Shown here: positions 23,340 to 36,385 of the stretch, one piece after another
How the letters are laid out: every line of letters begins with the position of its first letter
Position numbering within the stretch: the stretch's first letter is position 1
Assembly (NCBI GenBank): GCA_951406725.2
Contig: OX597817.1
Coordinates: 135,532,001-135,596,000 of the forward strand
DNA length: 64,000 bases
From: Octopus vulgaris
Lineage: Eukaryota
Direction: 5' to 3'
Position numbers and translations under genes: made by a program
The notes under the pieces: generated by a model
The model's database searches: none
The model's input: only the letters and a program-made list of their open reading frames with translations
Told to the model about the DNA's origin: nothing

Positions 23340-26300
23340 TGGCCAATAGGTGGAGGTAGTGCAGTGCAAGCTACACCCACTGAAAATTATTCATCTGCTC
23401 AGGTACTTCCTGTATACCAAATCTTAGTAAAATCATTGAATTGGTTGGTTGAGAGAAACCTAAAAATACACTTGTAACTTACTCTAAAATGTCTCAAACA
23501 GATTCAGCAAATGGCAAAAAAGGCTTGGGAACCTCAGGGGAACAAGTCTGGTTCGGCAGGTGTCCCAGTGTATCACAGGCTGGACCCAGCCACCATCCTG
23601 CCACTGTGGTCAAACAATCTCCAAGTAAAAGTAAAGATAAGCATCCTTTGAATTTTGGCTGTTGGAATGTGCGCACACTTCCTGATAATAATTTCAACAA
23701 GAGGCCAGAAAGGCGTACTACACTTATTGCATGTGAGCTTAAGAAATATTCCTTTGATATAGTTGCGCTCTCTGAAATTTGTCTCTCTGGTGAGGGTCAA
23801 GTAAATGAACCTACTTATGGATATACTATCTTCTGGAGAGGCCTACCTAAATATCAGCATAGAGAATCCGGTGTTGGGTTTGCTCTCAAGAATACATTAG
23901 TATCTTCCATTGCAGAGCTTCCAAGTGGTATATCTAAACGGATCATGTCATGCCGTATTAAACTGACAAAAGGTAGGTTTCTTATCGTTGTCAGTATTTA
24001 TGCACCAACAATGTCCCATTCTGATGAAACTGTAGGACAGTTTTATGGTGATCTAGCACAATTATTGAGGAAAATACAAGCCGGTTATATTGGCAGTTTT
24101 CAATGCAAGAGTTGGAAAGGACTATGTTTCATGACCTGTTTTAGGTCAACATGGAATTGGAAAATGTAATAAAAATGGAGGAGCTCCTTTGACGTTTTGT
24201 ACTGAGAATAATCTAGTTGTCACCAACACTCTGTTTAAGCAGAAAAATAAATATAAAACCACCTGGATTCACCCAAGATCTAAGCACTGGCATCTCATAG
24301 ATTATATTCTGATCAGAAAACGTAATATGAAAGAAGTTTCTAGTGTTTGAGCCATGAGAGGGGCAGAGAGCTGGACTGATCATCATCTAGTGTGTGGAAA
24401 AATAGATTTTTCAATAATGCCTACAAATCAACAGTCTGGTGCTAAGGTACCCAAAGAGTTAAATGTGGCAAACTTTAAATTATCAAGTAACTTGCAAAGA
24501 TTCCACAACGCTATAGAAAGTATCAATCTTGACCCAAACAATCTATGAGAAGATTTCAAAACAAATGTATTCCAGGTTGCAAGTTCATCAATGGGATTTA
24601 ACTCACATAAGTCCAGTGACTGGTTCTCAGACAAATCAGCAGAAATTCATGATCTACTTTTAGAAGAACAAAACTTAGGCCATACACTTCCTTCTCAGTC
24701 TTTGAACCCCAACTCAAACAAAGCTTACGGAAAGCTGAAAAGTGCAGACTTGCTCTTAGGAAAATTAAACAGGAATGGTGGAATGATGGAGCAAAAGGGG
24801 CACAAGAAACAGCTGATAAAAATGACGCCAAGGGTTTGTACTCTTATGTTAAGGAGGTAGATGGCCCGAAATCTCTTTCAATAGCTCCAGTGAGAACAGC
24901 AAATGGTCGTTTTCTTCTGACTAACACCGCTTCTATTCATAAGTGCTGGGTAGAGCATTTTTCTGCACTTTTGAATAGACCATCATCCGCTGACATGAGG
25001 AAGATAGAAAATATCGAACACCTTCCAGTTATAGAAGAGATGGTATTTGAACAAACTCTAAATGACATTTATTTAGCTGTGAATAAGCTGAATAAGTCTT
25101 CAGGGTCTGATGGAATCTGTGCAGAAGTCTTGAAATATTGGGGTGACAAAATGTTTGAACTCTTAAATATATTAATTTGTCACTGTTGGAGAATTGAGAA
25201 AGTGCCTCAAGACTGGATTGATGCCATTTCAGTCTCCTTGTATAAATCGGGGCTAAAGGATCTGTGTGGCAATTTTCGTGGGATTTCGCTTTTGTCTGTG
25301 GTTGGAAAGGTACTTGCCCGCATTTTGTTAGAACATTTAAATACCTTTATAGTTCCAAATATAGTGTCTGAGTCTCACTGTGATTTTCATTCCTCCAGGA
25401 GCAGAGCTGATTGTATTTTTACTATCAGACAATTACAGGAAAAGTGCATTGAAGAGAATCTTGCTCTATACCATTGCTTTGTTGATTTGAGCGAAGCATT
25501 CGATACTGTTAATCAAAATGCTCTGTGGCTAATTCTAAGGAAAACAGGTTGCCCAGGAAAATTTGTAAACATGATCAGGGCTTTGCATCAAGATATGAAA
25601 GCTAGAGTTAATTTTGGTTGGAGGCTCTCTGGATCTTTTGCTGTGGAAAATGGAGTAAAGCAAGGAGACCTTGATGCACCCACCCTCTTTGCAATATACT
25701 TTGTTGTTGTGCTGTCACACGCTTTTCAAACTCTGAGGAGGGTATGTTTTTAATCTGACCAGAGTGAAATTCAAAATGAAGGTTTTTACTTCACCTGTTA
25801 GGGAACTCTTATAAGCTGACAATTGCAATCTTGTCTGTCATTCTGAAACAGGTCTCCAATCTCTTGTATCTGCATTTGACTCAGCTTGTGATGATTTTGG
25901 CTTGACCATCAACTTGAAAAAAACAGTTGAAATGCATCAACCAGCATGCGGTGCTGTTTGTAACCCCATTAAAATTTTTGTTAAGAGTAAATTACTTAAG
26001 GTTGTCAATTCATTCATCTACCTTGGAAGCTCTGTTCAAAATGATGGGAATCTTGATAGAGAAATACAGCTGCGAATTCAAAGGGTAGAAAAAGCATTTG
26101 GTGGCTTGGAGTCACATGTTTGATGCCAGCGACATATAAATAAGAATACAAAGCTGGCTCTTTACAAATCATTTGTCTTACCATCCCTGTTGTATTGCTG
26201 TGAAACTTGGATTTGTTATGAAAAGCATTTTAAATTGTTAGAACAATTCTACCAAAAATGCCTTCATCACATTTTAAACATTAAATGGAGTTCTTTTAGC

Positions 26301-27007
26301 CCAAATACAGATGTCCTTGCGTCTGCAGGCATCACCTCAATTAAAGCTATGATTTTGAAAAACCAAATGAGATGGTGTGGTCATATTGTTCGAATGGCGG
26401 ATGAACGCACACTGAAACAGCTGTTTTATGGTGAGCTTGCAGAAGGGAAACACTATTGGCGTAAACCTAGAGGAAAGGTTTAAGGACAGCATAATGACTA
26501 TTATGAAGTCACTTGGAATGGGTCCAGAAGATATAAGAGACCCTTACTTTGGATTGAGGTGGATGATGAACAAAAGTGTGGAGTGGAGTGAAAGCATTTG
26601 AAGAGGCCAGGATAACGCATGCAAGACTCAAGAGAGATTCAAGGAAGAATGTTACGATCGAGAAGGTGAATAACAATGACTTTTTTGTGCGGACAGTCTG
26701 TGACAGACCATACCTGACTTTTGCTAGACTCAAATCTCATCTGCGAACCCATAGAAAACGAACCTCCACCAACTATTCTGCCTCTATGTCTGTGCACATA
26801 TTTGAATGCAGAAGGTTTGCAAATCCAACAGAGGCCTCAAAAGACATTTTAAGATCCTCAAGAAGCAGAACTTATCTGCAGCTCTTGGTGGTCCAAATCA
26901 GATGTGAAATCTGTGTGGGTGTCTTTTCAGAACATTGCCTGGTTTAAGAATCCACATCAGATGCCATGATGGTGCTAAGGTGCAGGAGGTGGTCAAACAA
27001 CCACCAC

Positions 27008-27008
<1 letters not shown>
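23340..27008 (+). mobile_element. Near-full-length decayed RTE-clade LINE (APE endonuclease, RT, C-terminal C2H2-like fingers)
   Basis: GCWNVRTL, DIVALSE, ESGVGF, SIYAPT, TWIHPRSKHWHLIDY (APE). FRGISLLSVVGKVLARILL, FVDLSEAFDTV, GVKQGDLDAPTLF (RT). Then QMRWCGHIVRM and CDRPYLTFARLKSHLRTH. Many stops and frameshifts; antisense to the host gene. Confidence 0.92.
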
Positions 27009-27049
<41 letters not shown>

Positions 27050-27050
<1 letters not shown>

Positions 27051-27362
27051 CGAATGACCATGGGATTGCACTTAGAAAGTTCCCCTCTGAGGCACAAGTC
27101 CAGGCAAGGTTGTTTATGGAAGACCAGCAGTCGCCCATGCATACCGGCCTCCCCTCCTCACACCACCGATGTTATCCAATGGAAAGGCAAAGGCCGATAC
27201 AGCTTGGCACCAGTGACGTTGCAACTCATTTCTACTCCTGAATGAACTGGAGTAACGTGAAATAAAGTGTCTTGCTGAAGAACACAACACGCAGCCTGGT
27301 CCGGGATACGAACTCATAACCTCATGGTCGTAAGCTCAATGCTCTAACCACTGAGCCATGTG
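27050..27362 (-). mobile_element. tRNA-derived SINE family D
   Basis: Minus strand tggctcagtggttagagc (A box), gagttcgtatccc (B box), then gtgttgtgttcttcagcaagacacttta core. Confidence 0.75.
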
Positions 27363-27649
27363 ATATATATATATATCGTTGCTATTATGAAAATGTGTCA
27401 TAAGTCCAAAATGTTGCTTTTTCAGAAAATGAAAAAATAGTTTCACCATTCCATAGCAAAACCGTTATACTACACACTTTGACAATTTTTGATATTTTGG
27501 CATCTGAAGCACCTGGGGATACGATAGTTTCACCAAAAGAACCAGCTATTGCAAGCAAAAATAAATATTGAATAAAACTCATTTGGCCAAATTTGGACAT
27601 ACAAGAGTTTAACATAAATGCAATGATATATATATATATATATATATAT

Positions 27650-28070
27650 CCGGCAGGACAAGTGAGACCATAACCCATGGTCTCTACCTGGGATGTAGCC
27701 AGTCCACTTATGCATACTTTTCCTTCTTGGGACACAAAACTCTGCTTGTGAAGACCAGTTGAGGCAAGTGAAATCGAAATCGCTCAAAAATCAATGGAAA
27801 TTGTAGTTGTGATACCAGTGCCGGCGGCACGTAAAAGAACCATCCGAATGTGGCCGTTGCCAGCACCGCCCCGACTGGCATCCATGCCAGTGGCACGTAA
27901 AAAGCACCCACTACACTCACGGAGTGGTTGGCATTAGGAAGGGCATCCAGCTGTAGAAAGACTGCCAGATCAGACTGGAGCCTGGTACAGTCTCCTGACT
28001 TTCCAGACCCCAGTTGAACTGTCAACCCATGCTAGCATGGAAAGCGGATGTTAAACGATGATGATGATGA

Positions 28071-28073
<3 letters not shown>
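27650..28073 (+). mobile_element. RTE 3'-end copy with (GAT)n tail
   Basis: ggcacgtaaaaagcacc units, ggcattaggaagggcatccagc, ttaaacgatgatgat. Other copies at ~10638-11110, 13497-13682, 21660-21878, 30040-30384, 35250-36100, 56340-57365 and 60403-60740. Confidence 0.8.
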
Positions 28074-28128
<55 letters not shown>

Positions 28129-29287
28129 TCATCATCATCATTTAACGTCCGTTTTCCGTGGTAGCACGGGTTGGACGGTTCAACTGGGGTCTGGGAAGCC
28201 AGGAGGCTGCACCATAATCAGATCATTTTAAACTAAAATAAAAGAGAAGTAATAGGAGACCCTGTGGCCAAAGTGATGATACTAACCATTAAACCAACAA
28301 CACAACCAAATACACTTCAACATTTTTAGTACAACTTAAATTCCTCAAATAGGTCAGCAGAAGAAGCAATAAAAATAAAAACATCATAAATCTATGTTTT
28401 TATGGCTTTTGTAATTATTTTTTGTTTCAATCTTATATAATACCTGCCACCTCATATTACCTGCCACTCATTCAGTAAAAAATTATATCATCATCATCAT
28501 CATTTGACAACCAGAACCTTCACCCCCATCTGCACCCACTGCAGCTTTCCTAACCAGTTCTGGTCCCATGGTCAGGTCATTAACAGTTCAACAGAACCTC
28601 AATTCCTCAATGGAATTTGAACCCAGAATACAAAGAACTGGACATTCAAACAATTCCATCAATCCTTCAACTGGTATTTTATTTATTTGCTCCAAATACT
28701 AGCTGGGATTTGAACTCACTTTGCAAAAAACAATCATAGCATGTATTTCAAAGCACTCCAATAAGTCTGCAAATTTCACCCTCTATGAATCCTTATTCCT
28801 TTTGCATTTAAAATGGCCCAAATCTGCCCCAAATATTCAACCAGTTTTTATGTTCAAACTAGCCAGATCCAGCCTCTCCCATTTAACCTATGATGTCATT
28901 CTAAAATTATACAATCACATCATCAAAATCTCGAAGCCATGAGATAATGCAGGAATAATTCAAAATAATCTGGATACATAAACATCACATCTGACAGAAT
29001 AACCTGAATATTAAAAGGGTTAAACTCACTACAACCCACAAAACTTGCTGCCCAAAAACCACTAAATTCACTGGCAATAACCCCAAAATCCACCACCTAT
29101 GAACTCCTAAATACATTGTCAATGACCCTAAAATATACACCCCACAATACTCTACATCTGCTGCCCACTATGATCTGGTAAACACCTACAGAAAAAAATT
29201 CTAAATATACTCTAATCTTCAATAAATAAACATACAATTATCAAACGGATATCATGGGTGTTTACATACAAACATACAGATATATAT

Positions 29288-29326
<39 letters not shown>

Positions 29327-29965
29327 ACTCCTTAATGTATAATTACAAACAAGTGATAACAGCTATGTGAGCACACACAAACAGCTGATAGCAGGTATGT
29401 GCAGACACGCACCCACACACATTCTTATGCACAAACACATACATCCACATACATACAGGTACACAAGCACACATGCATGTATACACACATGCACACACAG
29501 ACACTTGACACCACTCCTTAACGTATAATTAGAAACTACTGATAGCAGGTATGTGCGCACACGCACACACAGATGTGTACAGACACACACATGTACATGC
29601 ACACATACATACAACTACATATACACTTGATGTCTCTTCTTTATACATAAGGACACAACTACTCACAGCAGGTTTGTACAAACAAAATATAACAAATACT
29701 CAGGAATACTCATAAACACTCCAAGACTTTTATGTTCAATTACACCAGCACTTACCTACAGGACAGGTAAACACTTAAACACTACATATACACAAGATCG
29801 GGCATGGCTGTGTGGCAAGAAGTTTGCTTCCCAACCCACATGGTCTCGGGTTCAGTCCTACTTTGTGGCACCTTGGGTAAGTATCTCCTACTATAGCCTT
29901 CTGTTGACCAAAGCCTGGTGAGTGGATTTGGTAGAGGGAAACTGAAAGAAGCCCATCGTGTATAC

Positions 29966-30038
<73 letters not shown>

Positions 30039-31149
30039 CAGATGTGGCCAGTGCCCCCTGACTGGCTCCCATTCCAGTGGCATGTAAAATGCATCATCTA
30101 AATAAGGTCGATGCCAGTGTCCCTTGACTGGCTCCCGTGCCAGTGGCACATAAAAAGCACTTTCCAAATGGAATCAATGCCAGGGCTGCCTGACTGGCTC
30201 CTGTGCCAGTGGTACATAAAAATCACCCACTACACTCTCAAAAGGGTTGACGTTAGGAAGGGCATCCAGCTGTAGAAACATTGCCAGATCAGATTGGAGC
30301 CTGGAACAGCCTCCTGGCTCGCCAGTCCTCAGTCAAACCGTCCAACCCATGCCAGCATGGAAAGCAGATGTTAAATGATGATGATATATATCTATGTGTT
30401 TGTGTCTTTACATCTGCATTTATACCCACCGACCACTTGATGAGTGTCAATGTGTTTACATCCCTGTAACTTAGCAGTGCAACAAAAAGAGACTGACAGA
30501 ATAAGTACCAGGCTTTAAAAAAAAATAAGTATTGTGGTCGATTCATTAAACTAAAATTCTTCAAGGTAATGCCCCAGCATGGCCGCAGTCTAATGACTGA
30601 AACAAGTAAGAGATACATGATATACAGATAAACACTCACACATACATTATATAAACAAGTAAATACACAAATAATATATTTACAGCCAAATAGTCAATCA
30701 TTAATATTATATGCACACACACACACACACCACACACACAAGTTAGTGAGCTGAGAGAGAGCCTCTATACAAGAAACAGCAGTGAAATCATCCTCAAAAT
30801 ATAGGCTTAAAAAACGAAACGACAGAGATAGACTATGTTAGTCACAGAAACAGATGGCAAAGTCATAGCTGGAATGCCATTGTACATAGCTCTATCTGCT
30901 CAGTTTCAGCAGACCTGGGTTTAAACCTCAACAATAACAAAAATGACAAGACAAAAACTGTCGTTATTAGAGCAACAGAACGTTACACATCTATTTGTTC
31001 ACACACACACACAGAGCCACTGAGTAAAGCAGCTAGACTAATTGTGGCTATACAAGAAGAGTCTGTACCAGTTCCAGCCACCCACTCAACCTGAACAAAC
31101 CAACAAAGGAAATACAACTGGAGCAGTTTCTAACAATGGGATTAAACAG

Positions 31150-31470
31150 GTCATGAATATGATACAAAAAAGTTTGACACATCACAGATATTTTGACATT
31201 TAAGTCCAGCTATGTCACAAGTATTTTGACATTTGTGTCCAGTACATTACAGGTATTTGAGAATCAACTTTAACCATGTCACAGGTATTTGAAATAAAAA
31301 TTCAACACATTAAGGTATTTAAAATTGGAATTTAGCATGTCAGAGATGCTTCACATTAAAAGTTTGACATGCCACAAGCCATTTGACATTTGGATTTAGC
31401 TTATGTCAGAGGTATTTGACATTCAAACTTAGTCATGTCACATATATCTGACATTGACATTTAGCATCAG
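31150..31470. repeat. Degenerate ~31-bp tandem repeat (tgtcacaggtatttgacatt...)
   Basis: About nine recognisable units. Confidence 0.6.
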
Positions 31471-31694
31471 AAAAGAAAAATGTCTGCTTGGAGCTTGCAG
31501 ACCCATGGGGCTGAAGCTTGTCCAGCTTTCTAAATTGTTTAAGCAACTGAACAGGAGGTAAGTCGACCACGGGGTTGATCCTCATCTGCCACTTTTTCAG
31601 CTGAGTGGACAACAGCAACATGCAATGAAGTGTAATGTTATGGAATCAAAACTCTGTAACTCTCTATATGTAAAAAGCACATGGGTACACTGGG

Positions 31695-31746
<52 letters not shown>

Positions 31747-31808
31747 ATAGAAATGGCAAGACAACAAAAGAATGAAACCAACCTCGATATTATGTAAATA
31801 GAGGAATT

Positions 31809-32037
31809 TATCTGTAAATGTAATATGTGACAATTATTCTGTAGCCATGATAAAACTCCGGGTTTCGGATGCTGAGGTGGAAATCCACGCCACCATCTCT
31901 TTAGTTATCCAGCCATCGGAAAAAATCCGATGGCCAGATAACTGAAGAGATGGTGGCATGGATTTCCACCTCAGCATCCAAAACCCAGAGTTTTATCATG
32001 GCTACAGAATAATTGTCACATATTACATTTACAGATA
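31809..32037. repeat. Near-perfect ~110-bp-arm inverted repeat carrying hammerhead motifs
   Basis: tctgtaaatg...ccatcgga-aaaaa-tccgatgg...catttacaga. Arm consensus gataa-CTGAAGA-gatg...catc-c-GAAA-CCCGGA-GTT-ttatc. Confidence 0.8.
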
Positions 32038-32041
32038 TGTA

Positions 32042-32081
<40 letters not shown>

Positions 32082-32226
32082 GTCAATGCGAGGATATTCT
32101 ATCCTCATAAAGGATTAGTATATCCAAAATTTCACTGGTTTAATTACCAAAGCCATTGAGGAATATCTCTTCGGTATATATGGGATTATTATAAGTATAA
32201 ATATGATTAAAGAATGGAGAGTTGGT

Positions 32227-32646
32227 AAGGATATAAAATTAATTTATTAACATACTGCCCCAAAAAAAGCCTACATACGTTTCTATTCAGTCCAATATAT
32301 AATTGCAAATTCACAGATAGGAATAAATCCAACGATTAGAATAAAATTAAGAAATATATATTCATTGTGTGTATGTGTACGCTAATATACGTATGCTAAT
32401 ACACACGATAAATATATATTTCTTAATTTTCTTAGTTGACTGATAAAATCCAATCCATCAACATGTAACCGTGTCTACTGTACTGTAACCCTGATGAGAT
32501 TCGACCCAACATTATTCAAAATGGTATTTTATTCTAATCTTTGAATTTATTTCAACCTTTGAATTTGAAGTTATATACTGGACTGAACTGAAACGTACAT
32601 AGGCTTTTTTTTAGCAGTATGTTAATAAATTAATTTCATATCCTTA
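32227..32646. repeat. Nested inverted repeat with a long-stem-II hammerhead-like motif (32487-32605, +)
   Basis: Outer arms ~32227-32347 and ~32526-32646; inner arms ~32345-32430; aacc-CTGATGA-...tggactgaact-GAAA-CGTACA-TA-ggct. Confidence 0.6.
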
Positions 32647-34304
32647 TCACACACACACAACACACACACACACAGGGATTGCTGTATAGTAAGAAGTTTG
32701 CTTCCCAACCACATGTTCTCAGGTTCAGTCCCACTGCGTAGCATCTTGGGCAAGTCCCTTGTACTATAGCCTCAGGCTGACCAAAGCCTTGAGAGTGGAT
32801 TTGGTAGAGGGGGAACTGAAAGAAACCCATCATGTGTGTCTTTGAGTCTGTGTTTGTCCCCCGCCACTGCTTGACAGCTGGTGCTGGTGTGTTTATGTAC
32901 CTATAACTTAGTGGTTCAGCAAAAGAGACTGATATAATAAGTACCAAGCTTAAGAGAAAAGTACTGTTGTCAATTCATTTAACTAAAAATTGTTCAAGGC
33001 AGTGCCCCAGTATGGCCACAGTCTAATGATTAAAACAAGATAAAATATATATGAGAGAAATTAAGATAAATACATCATCATCATCATCATTTAATGTCCA
33101 TTTTCCATGCTAGCATGAATGGACAGCTTGACAGGAACTGGCAAGGCCAGGGGTCACACCATAGTCTGTTCTGCCAGGACTTCTATGGCTGGATGCGGTT
33201 CCTAACACCAACCACTTTACAGAATGTTTTGGGTGCTTTTTACGTGGCACCAGCAAGTTTGTATTATTAGTTCCTCTGTACATTTCACCATTCTGGCTGC
33301 TTAGAACTTTGCATTTGGATGCTTAACCAGAAGAGATCATCACGGAACACTTTGTTGCATTAAGTTAGAACCAATATCAGCTCTCTGTCCCTCTGTAATC
33401 TAACCTCTCACCTGTCACAGAGCCACCTCCCACAGCTCCACTCCTTCTCCCAGCTAAGAAGTCTTCTTCTCGCAGGTTACTAGGCAAACCCTGCTGGTGT
33501 CAGTGCCACATAAAATGTATCCTGTATACTATGTAAAATGGTTGGCATTAGGAAGGGCATCCAGCCATAGAAACCATGCCAAAACAGACAATTGGAAGCT
33601 GGTGCAACCCCAGGCTCTACCACTTCCTGTCAAGCTGTCCAACCTATGCCAGCATGGAAAATGGATGTTAAATGATGATGACGACGATGACAATGATAGC
33701 AGACTATGGTTGGATTTCGTTTAATATGGCAACGTGTTGTGAAATATGTCCTGATATTGTGCTGCAGTCTAATCGGTTCATACAGATGCAATGTCACTCA
33801 ACACTTGATGACTCAGTTTATACAACTCTGTATCATATATTGTATGTTGCTGGTGGTGGCGGCAGTGATGCTAGCAGTGGTGGTGGCAGCAGTGGCGGCA
33901 GTGATGCTGGCAGTGGTGGTGGCGGTGGTGTTGATGAGTTACAAGTCAGCTCCAATCAAACAGACACATTTTATCAAAGATTGTCCAAACTTGAAACCAT
34001 GTGCTCTTTTATCTTTCAGAAGTTTTTTTTTTTGTTTTTTGTTTTTTTCCCCAGTAATAGAGTATGTTATCAAATACGTCTGATTTAAGACATCAGGGTG
34101 TGGTTTGAAAGCAATTTGGCTTCTATTTCTGACAGGTCCTTGTTAGAAACCTAAGTGACTACCATACCATACAGTATTACATAAAATACGTTTCCATGCA
34201 ATACCATATGTTAACAATCGACAGATAGGAGTTAGTTCAAAACACTGTGTCATGGTGTAGTACACAGCACATTATATGATGTCTCTCTTTCTCATTTTTT
34301 TTAT

Positions 34305-34509
34305 CTTTTACTTGTTTCAGTCATTTGAATGCAGCCATGCTGGAGCACCACCTTTAGTTGAGCAAATTAACCTCATAACCTATTCTTTGTAAGCCTAGTA
34401 CTTATTCTATCATTCTCTTTTGCCGAATTGCTAAGTTACAGGGACGTAAACACACCAGCATCGGTTGTCAAGCAATGTTAGGGAGATAAAGACAGACGCA
34501 CAAACATAT

Positions 34510-34550
<41 letters not shown>

Positions 34551-34707
34551 ACGGCTTCTTTCAGTTTCTGTCAACCAAATCCACTCACAAGGCTTTGGTC
34601 GGCCCGAGACAATAGTAGAAGACACTTGCCCAAGATGCCGTGCAGTGGGACTGAACCCAGAAACATGTGGTTGGTAAGCAAGCTATTTCCCACACAACCA
34701 CTCCTAC
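34305..34707 (-). mobile_element. tRNA-derived CORE-like SINE family B, full-length
   Basis: Reverse complement of the 44522-44910 copy. Confidence 0.85.
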
Positions 34708-36318
34708 GCTTATATATCAAAACCTTACATATATTTATTTGATCATCAGTCATCTACAGATGAAATTATACCATGTTCATTGCATAATTTTTCTGTGCAA
34801 AATAATATCATCTGGTTGCAAGTCCTCACTGAATGGTTTTTATTTCAGAGATTTCCTTCTCCTCAATGCATTGTCTTCACTACAACTGGTGAACACCATT
34901 TCCCTTTCACTGTATCGGACAGCCACTAACACCCCACTGAGTGCCTTCACACTTTAACAGGGTGTCCAGAAATCACCCTCCTCAACTAAGTAAGCTGGGT
35001 GGAGTTGCCAGTTTAGTCACTGATGACTCAACCATGCAACAGGTTGGACTGGATTACAGATTACCAGTAAAACAAAAGCAACCTGATACACACACACTTA
35101 TACATAACATTCCGACATAATCATAGCGAAGGTTCGTTTATTGCAACAGAGTATAGCATGATATTGCAAAATCTTCTCTATTGTATTATATTATTATTTC
35201 CTCAAATACTATTGTATAAGTTACACTCACATCACATAAAGTCTGATGTGAGCCTGACTGGCTCCCATGCCGATGGCACGTAAAAAGCACCAACCGAACG
35301 TGGCCAATGCCAGTACTCTCTGACTGGTTCTTGTGGTGGTGGTACATAAAAAGCACCATCCGAATGTGATTGATGCCAGGCCGGCCTGACTAGCTCCTAT
35401 GCCAGTGACACGTAAAAAGCACCCACTACACTCTCAGAGTGGTTGGCGTTAGGTAGGGCATCCAGCTGTAGAAACTCTGCAAGATCAGATTGGAGCCTGG
35501 TGCAGCTGCCAACTCTCTAGACCTCCGTCAAACCGTCCATCCCATGCCAGCATGTGTTGGATAGTTTCACTGAGGACTGGCAAGCCAGGAGGCCACACCA
35601 GACTCCAATCTGATTTGGAAAGGTTTCTACAGCTGAATGCCATTCCTAACGCCAACCACTCTGAGAGTGTAGTTGGTGGTTTTTACATTCTGCCAGCACA
35701 GGAGCCAGTAGGGCAGGGGGCTGGCATTGACCACGTTCAGATGGTGCTTTTTACATGCTACTGGCACAGGAGCCAGTCCAGGTGGTGGGGAGCTGGCATC
35801 GACCACCGACCACCAGCACAGGGAGCCAGTCAAGCAGCACTGGCAACAACCCATGCATGAATGGTGCTTATTGCTTGCCACCACCATGGGAGCCAGCCAG
35901 GCGGCACTGGCATCGGCCACAGCTACAATGTCCATTTGATTATGATTTGATTTTTTATTTTTATTTTGATTTTACTTGACTCAATAGGTCTTCTCAGGCA
36001 CAGCATGTCGCCCGATCAATCCAAAGGTACTTTTTTAAGTGGGCTGGTTATGCAACTCTGGTGTAGGCTACGGCTGTGATTTCACTTTACTTCCAGACCT
36101 TGGGAGATATGCTGTGACTGAGAAAACCTGATCACATGATATATTTACTATACTCTATCAAATCATATATATTATGATACAGTACGATATGCTTTGATAA
36201 ATGGCAATATTATGAATTGATTGATAATTATACACCCACATAGAGTTCTTACAAATTCTTGAAAACAAGAAAAAGAAAATAAAAAAAAAGGAATAAATTA
36301 TTCGGTCAGGACATTTAC

Positions 36319-36385
36319 CTCGTTGTTGGCGCTTACACTGGCTATCGAGTTCATAGTTGCTGGTGCGTAACTCCAGAAGCTGGAT
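36319..36385 (-). CDS. GRIPAP1: GRIP1-associated protein 1 (GRASP-1) homolog, first in-window coding exon (probably exon 2), 67 nt
   Basis: ttccag|ATC...CGA G|gtaaat. Encodes IQLLELRTSNYELDSQCKRQQR, matching recalled vertebrate GRIPAP1 N-terminal AQLLELRTNNYQLSDELRK. Ends in phase 1, joining the next exon. Confidence 0.9.
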
